Origin: Candidatus Eiseniibacteriota bacterium
Lineage (GTDB): Bacteria; Eisenbacteria; RBG-16-71-46
Reading direction: 5' to 3'
Assembly (NCBI GenBank): GCA_044222065.1
Contig: JBGAOA010000085.1
Location: 1 to 14,594, forward strand
DNA: 14,594 bases
Shown: one piece after another, positions 1 through 10,538 of the stretch
How positions within the stretch are numbered: the first letter of the stretch is position 1
Layout: every line of letters starts with the position of its first letter
Made by a program: the position numbers and the translations under genes
The notes under the pieces: generated by a model
Told to the model about the DNA's origin: nothing
Seen by the model: only the letters and a program-made list of their open reading frames with translations
Databases searched by the model: none

Positions 1-664
1 CGCCGACGCAATTGTCGTCGGCTCCACTACCCAACGTCCACGACGGAGTCGAAGACGACGCCAGGGTGTAGTCCCAGGTGTCCTTCATCCAGATCTCGCC
101 CGAGCCGTCGGGCTGTACGAACTTCCCGCCGAAGATCCTGAGGTTGCCCTGGTGGTTCACGGCCGAGTGATGCCACCGCTTGCAGGGTCCGGCCGCGGCG
201 TTCCCGGTCCACGTGAGGTTGGACAGGTTCAGCGTCCACACGGTGTCGCTGAGCGCAGGTACGTTGCCGTGCTGACGATCGCCGCCGTACACGGCCATGA
301 TCGGCTGCAGGTGATAGGCGTTCGCCGCCGCCCAGATCGCGGCGTGTCCGTGCCGTGGCGCGGGTCCGCTCGAGGGCAGCGGGATCTGCGACCACGTCAG
401 CGCATTGAGATCGAACGACCACAGATCGCTGTAGAGCGCGGTGGCGCTCTCACCGCCGTAGACGAGCATGCGGTGGTTGTCCGCGTCGTACACCGCGGTG
501 TGATGCTTGCGGGCCGCCGGCTTCGTGACTCCGACGTCGGGCTTGGTCCAACGCGGAGTGCCGAGTCGTGCGGCGCCGGCTGGTGTCGCCGCGATCGCGA
601 AGAGCGCGAACGTCGCGACCAGGACGATGGGTGAGCGGACGAGCACGGAAGTGAGGGGTGTCAT
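1..664 (-). CDS. Secreted Kelch-repeat (beta-propeller) protein, N-terminal part; runs off the left edge
   Basis: Not in the ORF track because there is no stop inside the window. Hand translation from ATG at 664 gives MTPLTSVLVRSPIVLVATFALFAIAATPAGA-ARLG..., a hydrophobic signal peptide with an AGA cleavage motif. Three Kelch-like units follow: PAARKHHTAVYD..RMLVYGG..LWSFDLNALTW, PAPRHGHAAIW..MAVYGG..VWTLNLSNLTW and PCKRWHHSAV..LRIFGG..TWDY..W. Strong RBS GGAGGAG at 671-677. Confidence 0.9.
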   Translation of the reverse strand, partial: MTPLTSVLVRSPIVLVATFALFAIAATPAGAARLGTPRWTKPDVGVTKPAARKHHTAVYDADNHRMLVYGGESATALYSDLWSFDLNALTWSQIPLPSSGPAPRHGHAAIWAAANAYHLQPIMAVYGGDRQHGNVPALSDTVWTLNLSNLTWTGNAAAGPCKRWHHSAVNHQGNLRIFGGKFVQPDGSGEIWMKDTWDYTLASSSTPSWTLGSGADDNCVG

Positions 665-746
665 GGCTCGCTCCTCCGTCGCCGCCAGCGGCCGGAGCGA
701 TCCGCCGTCGTGGACAGCACGCCCCATGAGTTCGGCGACGCACGAG

Positions 747-775
747 ACGTTAGGCCGCTGATCCGGGCTCCACAA
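747..775 (-). promoter_or_regulatory. Candidate sigma70-type promoter of the Kelch gene
   Basis: Minus strand reads TTGTGG (775-770), a 17-nt spacer, then TAACGT (752-747). It lies about 80 nt upstream of the ATG in an otherwise GC-rich intergenic region. Confidence 0.45.
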
Positions 776-797
776 GCCCGGCTCCCGGCGGCGAGCC

Positions 798-819
798 AAA
801 GGGCGGTTCGACCACGCCC
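798..819 (-). terminator. Possible weak intrinsic terminator after the catabolic operon
   Basis: Minus strand GGGCGTGGTCGAACCGCCC followed by TTT, starting 11 nt after the TAG at 831. The hairpin is imperfect and the U tract is short. Confidence 0.25.
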
Positions 820-830
820 AAGTCAGCCCG

Positions 831-2819
831 CTACCCCACGCTCGCCGCCCCGACGCTCACGGGATTCACGCTCTCGAGCGTCGCCGCGACGAGCAACCGC
901 AGCCGGTGGAAGTGCGCGAGCGGCAGCACGTGGCCGTCGTGGCCGTCGAGCGCGCGCGCTTCGATCACGCGGCCGTCGGCGCCGAGCCGGACGCCGATCG
1001 CTTCGTCGCGGAACCGGTAGCCGTCGCCGTCGCGGTCGAGCACGTACTCGCGCCCTTCGATCCGCGCCCACACGCTGCGGCCGCGCGCGAGCACGACGAG
1101 CCCGTCGGCGGGCGCATCGGCCTCGTAGGCGGCGAGCGAGCCGTGGACGCGCGGCTTCACGCGGAACGGGTCGCCGACCTCGGGACAGAACGTGACACAG
1201 TTCCCGCACGCGTTGCAGGCGTCGGCGAACACGAGCCACTGCGCCTCGCGCGTCGTCGTGAAGCGCGCGGCGCGCGAGGTGACGCGCCCGCCCTCGATCG
1301 CGACCTCGGGCGCCTCGACGTCCGCCGGCGCGAGGTCCACCGCGAAGAACGCGCCGTTCGGGCAGCACAGCACGCAGTTGTTGCACGAAGCGCAGTCGAG
1401 CGCCTTCAGCGTCCCGGCGCGGACCGGCGCCACGCGCTGGTGCTCGCCCGCGTGGTAGCGCGGGTCGCTCGCGACGCGCGCGGCGTAGGCCGACAGGTTC
1501 GCGAGCGCCGCTTCGCGCACGATCGCGCGCCGCGACACGGCCGCGCGCCGCGCGTGCGCAACGGTCGCGACGTCCACGCGGTCGGCGTGTCCCGAGCGCG
1601 CGAGCACGTACGAGTCCACGTCGCTCACGCCGCGCCGCTCGAGTTCGGCGTCGAGCGCCTTCAAGTAGCGGGGGAGCCGCCGGTAGCCCGTGGGCCGCAG
1701 CAGGTCCGTGCACGACGTCACGGGCGCGAAGCCGCACGCGACGACGTCGGCAAAGTTCTCGGCGTCCACGCCGCCGCTGAACGACAGCGGCAGCGCGCCC
1801 TGCGTCGCCTCGGCAAGGCGGGCGGCGAGCGTGATCGCGAGCGGATGGAGCGGCGAGCCCGACAGGTACGTGTGTTCGCCCGCGAGCCGCCCGCGCGTGT
1901 TGCGCACGACGAGCGTGTTCGTGAGCTTCGCGCCGAACGCGCGCCCGCGCGCGAGCGCCGCCTGGCTCAGGCGGCCGAGCATGTCGAGCGTCTCGTTCCA
2001 GCCGAGCGTCTCTTCGAACGGCGCGCGGTCGAGTTCCAGGTCGCGCCACCCGAGCCGCCCGCGCAGCAGCTCGTCCACGGCGCCGAATCCGAGCAGCGTG
2101 GGGTTGAGCTTCACGACCACGTTGAGCTGATGGCGCTCCATGAGGTGCAGGATCATGGACTCGATCTCGCGCGGCGGGCAGCCGTGGAAGGTCGACAGCG
2201 TCACCGCGCGCACGAGCCGCCGCGGCGCGTCCACGTCGCACACCGGCCGCAACGCGGCCGGCAGTTCGTCGCGCAGCCCCGCGAGCACCGTGCTCGCGTC
2301 CGCCATCGTCGCGAGGAATCGCTGCACCCCTTCGCTCTGGAGTCCCGCGAGGTCGTAGCCCACCGACGCCTCGAAGTGCGTGTCGGCGGCGTCCGCGACG
2401 CCGCGCGCCGCGAGCGCGTGGATCAGCAGCCAGCCAGCGGCGTACTCGCGCGCCGACTCCTCGAGCGACAGCTCCTGCGACCACTCCACGTTGTGACACG
2501 CCTCGCCGGCGTCGATGCACGGGCGCGGGATCTCGAGCCGGTCGCGGACCTGCACGGTCTTGAGCTCGAGCGTGCGCGCCCCCGCGAGCCACGCGGCGAC
2601 GAGGTTCGGGGCGAGCTGCGTGTGCGGTCCCGCGGCCGGGCCGGCCGGCGTCGCCGCGCGCGACTCGCACTGCGGCAGCGCGACGGACAGGTCGCGTCCC
2701 GGCTGCGCGCGCCAGAACGAGCGCATCGGGAGCCCGTACACCTGCCGCTCGCGCTCGAGCCCCTGCAGCGCCTCGGTCACGAGCGACGCGAACGGCCGCG
2801 GAACGAAGCGCGCGTTCAC
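831..2819 (-). CDS. ygfK: YgfK-like oxidoreductase, short form (662 aa): dihydroorotate/dihydropyrimidine-dehydrogenase-like barrel plus two C-terminal 4Fe-4S motifs
   Basis: GTG at 2819 overlaps the upstream stop (GTGA) and gives MNARFVPRPF. YgfK N-terminal signatures: TPAGPAAGPHTQLAPNLVAAWLAGARTLELKTVQ, IPRPCIDA, NVEWSQEL, SVGYDLAG, TLSTFHGCPPREIE, KLNPTLLG, KLTNTL, SFSGG, TDLLRPTGY. C-terminal motifs CASCNNCVLCCP and CNACGNCVTFCP. Confidence 0.85.
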   Translation of the reverse strand: MNARFVPRPFASLVTEALQGLERERQVYGLPMRSFWRAQPGRDLSVALPQCESRAATPAGPAAGPHTQLAPNLVAAWLAGARTLELKTVQVRDRLEIPRPCIDAGEACHNVEWSQELSLEESAREYAAGWLLIHALAARGVADAADTHFEASVGYDLAGLQSEGVQRFLATMADASTVLAGLRDELPAALRPVCDVDAPRRLVRAVTLSTFHGCPPREIESMILHLMERHQLNVVVKLNPTLLGFGAVDELLRGRLGWRDLELDRAPFEETLGWNETLDMLGRLSQAALARGRAFGAKLTNTLVVRNTRGRLAGEHTYLSGSPLHPLAITLAARLAEATQGALPLSFSGGVDAENFADVVACGFAPVTSCTDLLRPTGYRRLPRYLKALDAELERRGVSDVDSYVLARSGHADRVDVATVAHARRAAVSRRAIVREAALANLSAYAARVASDPRYHAGEHQRVAPVRAGTLKALDCASCNNCVLCCPNGAFFAVDLAPADVEAPEVAIEGGRVTSRAARFTTTREAQWLVFADACNACGNCVTFCPEVGDPFRVKPRVHGSLAAYEADAPADGLVVLARGRSVWARIEGREYVLDRDGDGYRFRDEAIGVRLGADGRVIEARALDGHDGHVLPLAHFHRLRLLVAATLESVNPVSVGAASVG

Positions 2820-3906
2820 ATCGTCACCATGCGCTTCCACAGGCGCGTCGCCTCGATGCGCGCCTGCGCGCGGATCTCGTCCTCGTCCGCCGTCACGAGC
2901 CGGCCGCCGTCGACGACCACGCGGCCGTCCACGACGACGTGCGCGACGGGCGCTCCGGGCGCCGTGACGTCGCGCGTCACGCGGTCGCGCGCGATCGCGT
3001 CGGCGCCGAAGTGGGCGGCCGCGAACGCGAGGTTGTGCTCGAGCCGCAGGTCGAGCGCGTCCGGGTCCGTGTCGGGATCGTGGCGGGCCGCGAGCCGGTG
3101 GAGCGCCGCGAGTTCCATGCGCAGGTCGGCGGGGAAGCCGTCCGTGCCGACCAGCGCGCGCCGCGCGGCGTGGAGGGAGCGCGCGTAGCCGACGTGGTTG
3201 CCTTCGTTCGAGCGCGGATTCTGCGCGAACCACAGGCCGCGGGCCTCGGCCGCTTCGACCTGGCGCTCGTCGAGGTGCACGCCGTGAGCGAGCAGCGAGC
3301 CCTCGGGCAGCGCTCCGAGTTCGAGCAGGCGCTCGAGCGGCCCCGCGTAGCCGCGCCGCCGCGCGTCCTCGACGTCGGCGCCGTCCTCGGCGCAGTGGAC
3401 GTGCGCGGCGAGGCCGAGCGCCGAGCACAGCTCGCCGGCCTCGCGCAGCGTCTCGTCCGAAACCGTGAACGACGCGTGCAGCCCGACGAGCGCGCGCGCG
3501 AGCGGGCGTTCGTTCGTGCGCGCGAAGCGCGCGCACTCGGCGAGCCCGCGCTTCGCCTCCTGTCGTCCGCGGTTGCGCTCGGTCGCGCCGTAGCACACGA
3601 CGACGCGGACGCCGATTTCGGCGCACGCGTCGGCGATCACGTCGAGCGATCCGTCCACGAAGTTCGGCGACTCGTGGTGGTCCACGAGCGTCGTCGTGCC
3701 GTGACGCAGCGCCTCGGCCGCGTAGTAGCGGACGCTCGCGCGCAGCGACGACGGGTCGAGCGCGCGGTCGAGCCGCCACCACACGCGCTCGAGGATCTCG
3801 ACGAAGTTCGCGGGCGGCGCGTTCGGAGCCGGCATCCCGAGCGGCGTGAGTCCGCTGTAGAGGTGCGTGTGGGCGTTCACGTCGCCCGGATGCACCGCCG
3901 GCGCCG

Positions 3907-3910
<4 letters not shown>
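2816..3910 (-). CDS. ssnA: SsnA-like metal-dependent amidohydrolase (364 aa)
   Basis: GTG at 3910 overlaps the xdh stop (GTGA). Amidohydrolase motifs: PGDVNAHTHLYS (HxH), FVEILERVWWRLDRALD, GTTTLVDHHESP, GLHASFTVSD, HVHCAE, LAHGVH, NPRSNEGNHVG, GTDG. SsnA-like C-terminus ARIEATRLWKRM. Confidence 0.85.
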
Positions 3911-6582
<2,672 letters not shown>

Positions 6583-6590
6583 GACGCCTC

Positions 6591-8147
6591 CTAGCCGCGT
6601 GCCACGAGCGCGCCCGGGTAGCGCGCGAGGAACGCCACCGCGTGCTCGAGTTCGCGCGTGTCGAGGGCTTCGCCGATCTTGTGCGTGTTCTGCTCGATGC
6701 CGGTGCCGAAGCCGAACATCGCCGCGTGCGTGTAGCTGCCGGCCGTGATCCAGCGCTTCGAAGGCGTGAGCGCGATGCCGTGGTCCTTCACCGGCACCGG
6801 CCAGCCGACGCCGTCGGTCGAGAAGATCCAGCGGTCCACGCGCGGCTCGCGCCGCAGCGACCCGCCCTGCTCGTTCGGCTCGACGACGTTCGGCGTGACG
6901 ACCGCGCGATACGCGGCGACCGCGGCCTCGATCGCGGGATGGTCCTCGGGCGTCACCCAGCCCATGTAGATCTGCGGGTTGCCGGGCACGAAGCCGCGCC
7001 ACGTCTTCTGCTCGTACGTCGGCACCGAGACGCGCACCTCGAGCCCCGCCGCGCGCGCGCGCTTCACCGACGCCATGCCCTCGACGTCGGCGAGCGCCGA
7101 CTCGGGCGACTCGCCGGCCGTGAGGCGGCGGTCGAAGCGGAACGTGAAGCGATCGGGCACCGCGCAGTCGCTCGGCGTCTCGAGCTCGGCCCACGACGCG
7201 GTGCGCGTGCCGGGCCCGAGGAACTCGTGCGTCCCGAAGCCCTCGCCGCGCTCGGCGCGCTCGGCGGCCTCCGCGAGGATCGCGCCGCCGTACTCGAGCG
7301 GGTTCAGCCCTTCCCACGGCATCGAGCCGTGGCACGAGCGGCCCGTGATGCGCACTTCGATCTGCATGCGCCCGCGCTGGCCGCGATAGATGCCGAGCGC
7401 GCCCTTGTGCGCGTCGCCCGAGGAGTCGGTCAGGATCACGACGTCGGGCACGAGGTCCGCGGGAGCGCCGGGCAGCACGCGGCGCGTGAGGTACAGCGGG
7501 CCGCCGCCGTCGTTGTCTTCCTCGGCGACCGTGATGAGCCCGCGCACGATCGCGCCCTTGAGCGCGCCTTCGGGCGCGAGTTCGAGCAGGAGGCGCGAGG
7601 CGACGATCATCGAGATCACGCCGCCGAGCTGGTCGGCCGTGCCGCGCCCGAACAGCAGGTGCTCCCATTCCGCGTCGGGCGGCAGCCAGCCGAGCTCGCG
7701 GCGCAGGAAGCCGCGGTCGAGCTTCGAGGCGTCCGCGAGCCCGTTCCACGGATCGAGGCCGCCGGTCTTCGCGTGCCACACGTCCGGGAGCGGCCGCACC
7801 GTGTCGCAATGGCCGTCGAGCCAGATCACCTTCTTCTGTTCGCGCGGCACGCCGTCGGTGCGGTCCTCGATCGTCCATTCGAGGTTTCCGAACGCGTCGA
7901 AGCCGAGGTCGTCGGACGTCGCGACGGCGCCGATCTCGACCATGCGGCGGCGCAGGTACTCGAGCCGCGGGCCTTCGTGGTTGCTCAGTCCGCACTGCGG
8001 GTCCCCGCCGCTCTCGGCGGGTCGGTTCGCGTAGTCGGCCGGGATGCGCACGGCCTCGCGCAGCAGTTCGACCGCGAGCGGCAGGTCGCGCTTCGCAAGC
8101 GCCGCGATGCGCTGGTCGAGGGCGGACGGGGTGACGGTCGCGCTCAT
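6591..8147 (-). CDS. ygeY: YgeY-like M20-family metallohydrolase (N-carbamoyl/ureido hydrolase, 518 aa)
   Basis: ATG at 8147 overlaps the ygeW stop (ATGA), with RBS GGAGG upstream. M20 motifs: DGHCDTV, GRGTADQLGG, VAEEDNDG, IYRGQRGRMQI, GRSCHGSMP, DRRLTAGE, WIFSTDGV, C-terminal HKIGE. IYRGQRGRM and W.FST.GV resemble YgeY. Confidence 0.85.
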   Translation of the reverse strand: MSATVTPSALDQRIAALAKRDLPLAVELLREAVRIPADYANRPAESGGDPQCGLSNHEGPRLEYLRRRMVEIGAVATSDDLGFDAFGNLEWTIEDRTDGVPREQKKVIWLDGHCDTVRPLPDVWHAKTGGLDPWNGLADASKLDRGFLRRELGWLPPDAEWEHLLFGRGTADQLGGVISMIVASRLLLELAPEGALKGAIVRGLITVAEEDNDGGGPLYLTRRVLPGAPADLVPDVVILTDSSGDAHKGALGIYRGQRGRMQIEVRITGRSCHGSMPWEGLNPLEYGGAILAEAAERAERGEGFGTHEFLGPGTRTASWAELETPSDCAVPDRFTFRFDRRLTAGESPESALADVEGMASVKRARAAGLEVRVSVPTYEQKTWRGFVPGNPQIYMGWVTPEDHPAIEAAVAAYRAVVTPNVVEPNEQGGSLRREPRVDRWIFSTDGVGWPVPVKDHGIALTPSKRWITAGSYTHAAMFGFGTGIEQNTHKIGEALDTRELEHAVAFLARYPGALVARG

Positions 8148-9286
8148 CGCCCGGCCTCCTCGAGCCTGCTCGCCAGGTTCTCGACCTTCGACGCCGCGAG
8201 CACGGCGGCGATCACGTACGCCTTCCAGTTCGCCTCGCGCGCGACGTTCACCTTGTGCTTCTCCATGACGCCGGGGGAGACCTCGGCGCCGATGTCGGCC
8301 GGCAGGCAGTGCAGGTAGAGCGCGTCGCCGCCCTTCGTGAGCCCCATGCGGCGCTCGTCGCAGATCCAGTCGCGGTGCTCGGCGTTGCGCGCGAGCGCGA
8401 GCTTCTCGACCTCGCCGAGGCGCGCCTTGTCGCGCTGCTTGTTCGCCGCGACCCGCTCGAGCATGAGGTCGTAGGGGCCCCAGCTCTTCGGGTAGACGAT
8501 GTCCGCGTTCGCGAACGCCTCGTCCATCGAAGCCGTGGTCGTGAACGTGCCGCCCGACTGCGCGGCGAAGCGCTTCGCGTGCTCGAGCGTGTCGGGCATC
8601 AGGTCGTAGCCCTGCGGGTGCGCGAGCCGCACGTGCGCGCCGAAGCGCGTCATCAGCATGATGAGGCCCTGCGGCACCGAGAGCGGCTTCGCGTAGCTCG
8701 GCGAGTACGCCCACGACACGGCGATCGTCTTGCCCGCGAGGCCCTGCGGGAAGCGTTCGCGCAGCCACATCAGGTCGGCGAGCGTCTGCGTCGGGTGGTC
8801 CACGTCGCACTGCAGGTTCACGATCGGCACGACGCGCGAGTCCTTCGTCGCGGCGAGGTAGTCGTCGATTCCGCGCTTCACTTCGCGCATGAACGACTGG
8901 CCTTCGCCGAGGATCAGGTCGTGGCGGATGCCGAGCGCGTGCGCGTTCATGCCGAGCATCGCGCCGGTCTCGGCGGCGGTTTCGCCGTGCTCGACCTGCG
9001 TGCTCGAGCCGTCCACGATCACGGGCGCCATGCCGAGCCGGGCGCTGCCGCCCGCCCACGCCGACTTCGTGCGCGTCGAATTGTCGAAGAACAGCGCGTA
9101 CGCGAGTTCGTTCGGGAGCAGGCCCGGGAGCTTCTTCGCGCGATCGAGCGCCGCGAGGCGCGCCGCGACGGCGAACAGCGTCTCGAGTTCGGCGTCGGAC
9201 CACTCGCGGGTGAGGAGCAGGCTCTTGCCGGCGAGGCGCCGGACGGCGGCGGGGTCGAGGGGCGCGAGGGCGGCGGCGGTGTTCAC
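8144..9286 (-). CDS. ygeW: YgeW-type knotted carbamoyltransferase (380 aa)
   Basis: GTG at 9286 overlaps the carbamate kinase stop (GTGA), with RBS AAGGAGA. Transcarbamylase motifs DNSTRT, HPTQTLAD and YLHCLPADI. YgeW-type motifs SWAYSPSYAKPLSVPQG, HGET..ET, NLQCDVDHP and VYPKSW. Confidence 0.93.
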   Translation of the reverse strand: MNTAAALAPLDPAAVRRLAGKSLLLTREWSDAELETLFAVAARLAALDRAKKLPGLLPNELAYALFFDNSTRTKSAWAGGSARLGMAPVIVDGSSTQVEHGETAAETGAMLGMNAHALGIRHDLILGEGQSFMREVKRGIDDYLAATKDSRVVPIVNLQCDVDHPTQTLADLMWLRERFPQGLAGKTIAVSWAYSPSYAKPLSVPQGLIMLMTRFGAHVRLAHPQGYDLMPDTLEHAKRFAAQSGGTFTTTASMDEAFANADIVYPKSWGPYDLMLERVAANKQRDKARLGEVEKLALARNAEHRDWICDERRMGLTKGGDALYLHCLPADIGAEVSPGVMEKHKVNVAREANWKAYVIAAVLAASKVENLASRLEEAGR

Positions 9287-10305
9287 GGCGTCTCCTTGAG
9301 GATGCGCGTGCCCGCGCGGCCTTCGAAGGCCTCGAGCAGCGCGTCGGGGTGGCAGATCACGACTTCGCGGCCGCCGCCGTCGAGGAACCGCAGCGCGGCC
9401 TCGACCTTGGGGCCCATGCTCCCGGGCGGGAACTGGCCGGCGCGGTGCAGCGCGCGCAGCTCCTCGACCCGCACATCGCGCAGCGCGCGCTTCTTCTCGT
9501 TGAAGAAGTCGGCGTACACCGCGTCCACGCCGGTCGTGATGAACCAGCGTTCGATCCCGAGCGCGAGCGCGAGCAGCGCGCTCGCCAGGTCCTTGTCGAT
9601 CACGGCTTCGACGCCGCGCCAGTGGCCGTCGGCGCCGCGCGCGACCGGGATGCCGCCGCCGCCGCACGCGATCACCGTGACGCCGTCCGAGACGAGCCGG
9701 CGGATCGTGTCGAGCTGCACGATCGCGCGCGGATCGGGCGAGGGGACGACGCGGCGCCAGCCGCGCTTCGAGTCCTCGACCATCGCCCAGCCCCTGTCGC
9801 GCTGGAGGAGTGCGGCGTCCTCGGCCGAGTAGAACTTGCCGACCGGCTTCGTCGGCCGCGCGAACGCCGGGTCGGCCGGGTCCACTTCGACCTCGGTCAC
9901 CACGGTCGCGACTTCCGCGCGCACGCCGATCTCGCCGAGCGCTTCGCGCAGGTCGCGCTCGATCATGTAGCCGATCGCGCCCTGCGAGTCGGCGACGAGC
10001 GAGTCGAGCGGCACCTCGTGCACCTGAGGCTTCGCGATCTCGACGCGCAGCTGCATGAAGCCCACCTGGGGTCCGTTGCCGTGCGTGAGCACGAGCGGGA
10101 GGCCGCGCTGGAGCAGTGCGGCGATCGGCCGCACCGCGCGCTGCGTCACCGCGAACTGGTTCTCGACCGTCGGCGGCAGGCCGGGGTCGAGCAGGGAGTT
10201 GCCGCCCATCGCGATCAGGATCGGGCGCTGCGTTCCGGCCCGGGCTGCGGGGTCGTCGCCCGCGCGCGTCGCGACGCGGGCCGGCGGGTTGGGACTCGCG
10301 CTCAC
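9283..10305 (-). CDS. arcC: Carbamate kinase (ArcC/YqeA, 340 aa)
   Basis: Motifs AMGGNSL, THGNGPQVG, SQGAIGY, DPAFARPTKPVG, GWRRVVPSPDP, CGGGGIPV, GVEAVIDKD, FPPGSMGPKVEAA and GTRI. GTG start with GGAG RBS about 6 nt upstream. Confidence 0.96.
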   Translation of the reverse strand: MSASPNPPARVATRAGDDPAARAGTQRPILIAMGGNSLLDPGLPPTVENQFAVTQRAVRPIAALLQRGLPLVLTHGNGPQVGFMQLRVEIAKPQVHEVPLDSLVADSQGAIGYMIERDLREALGEIGVRAEVATVVTEVEVDPADPAFARPTKPVGKFYSAEDAALLQRDRGWAMVEDSKRGWRRVVPSPDPRAIVQLDTIRRLVSDGVTVIACGGGGIPVARGADGHWRGVEAVIDKDLASALLALALGIERWFITTGVDAVYADFFNEKKRALRDVRVEELRALHRAGQFPPGSMGPKVEAALRFLDGGGREVVICHPDALLEAFEGRAGTRILKETP

Positions 10306-10438
10306 GGAATCGCTCCATGCCCCGCTGACAGGGGCCGTGTCGGTTTGTCAGAGCCGTCGCGCGGCGGTGCGCCGTCCCCGGGTTGCCGGGGGCGGTTTAG
10401 GAGCCTCTCGGGCCGCGGTTTGTCGCGCGCGGGCCTCG

Positions 10439-10455
10439 CAGGCATGGGACTCGCT
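10439..10455 (+). promoter_or_regulatory. Candidate sigma54 (-24/-12) promoter for the plus-strand PLP operon
   Basis: CAGGCATGGGACTCGCT has GG (10441-10442), exactly 10 nt, then GC (10453-10454). It resembles the consensus YTGGCACG-N4-TTGCW. Confidence 0.4.
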
Positions 10456-10478
10456 CGCGGACGGGTCCTGCAGGACTT

Positions 10479-10495
10479 TGAAGGAAGCATGCCAG
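10479..10495 (-). promoter_or_regulatory. Candidate sigma54-like promoter for the minus-strand operon (variant -12 box)
   Basis: Minus strand CTGGCATGCTTCCTTCA has a near-consensus -24 box (CTGGCATG) and GG-N10-TC instead of GG-N10-GC. Confidence 0.35.
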
Positions 10496-10538
10496 TGGGC
10501 GGCGCCCGGAAACGCCCGGACGCCAGCGGGAGGACGGG

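Noticed and set aside
27..761. Track ORFs 27-422, 152-634, 450-743 and 507-761
   Set aside because: They overlap the Kelch gene in other frames or on the other strand. Only the Kelch frame has a strong RBS, a signal peptide and repeat structure.
8144..10305. Reading the carbamoyltransferase plus carbamate kinase as an arginine deiminase (arc) operon
   Set aside because: The transferase has YgeW-type motifs (WAYSPSY.KPLSVPQ, PKSW) rather than the OTC SMG loop. There is no arcA or arcD, and the neighbours are yge-cluster genes.
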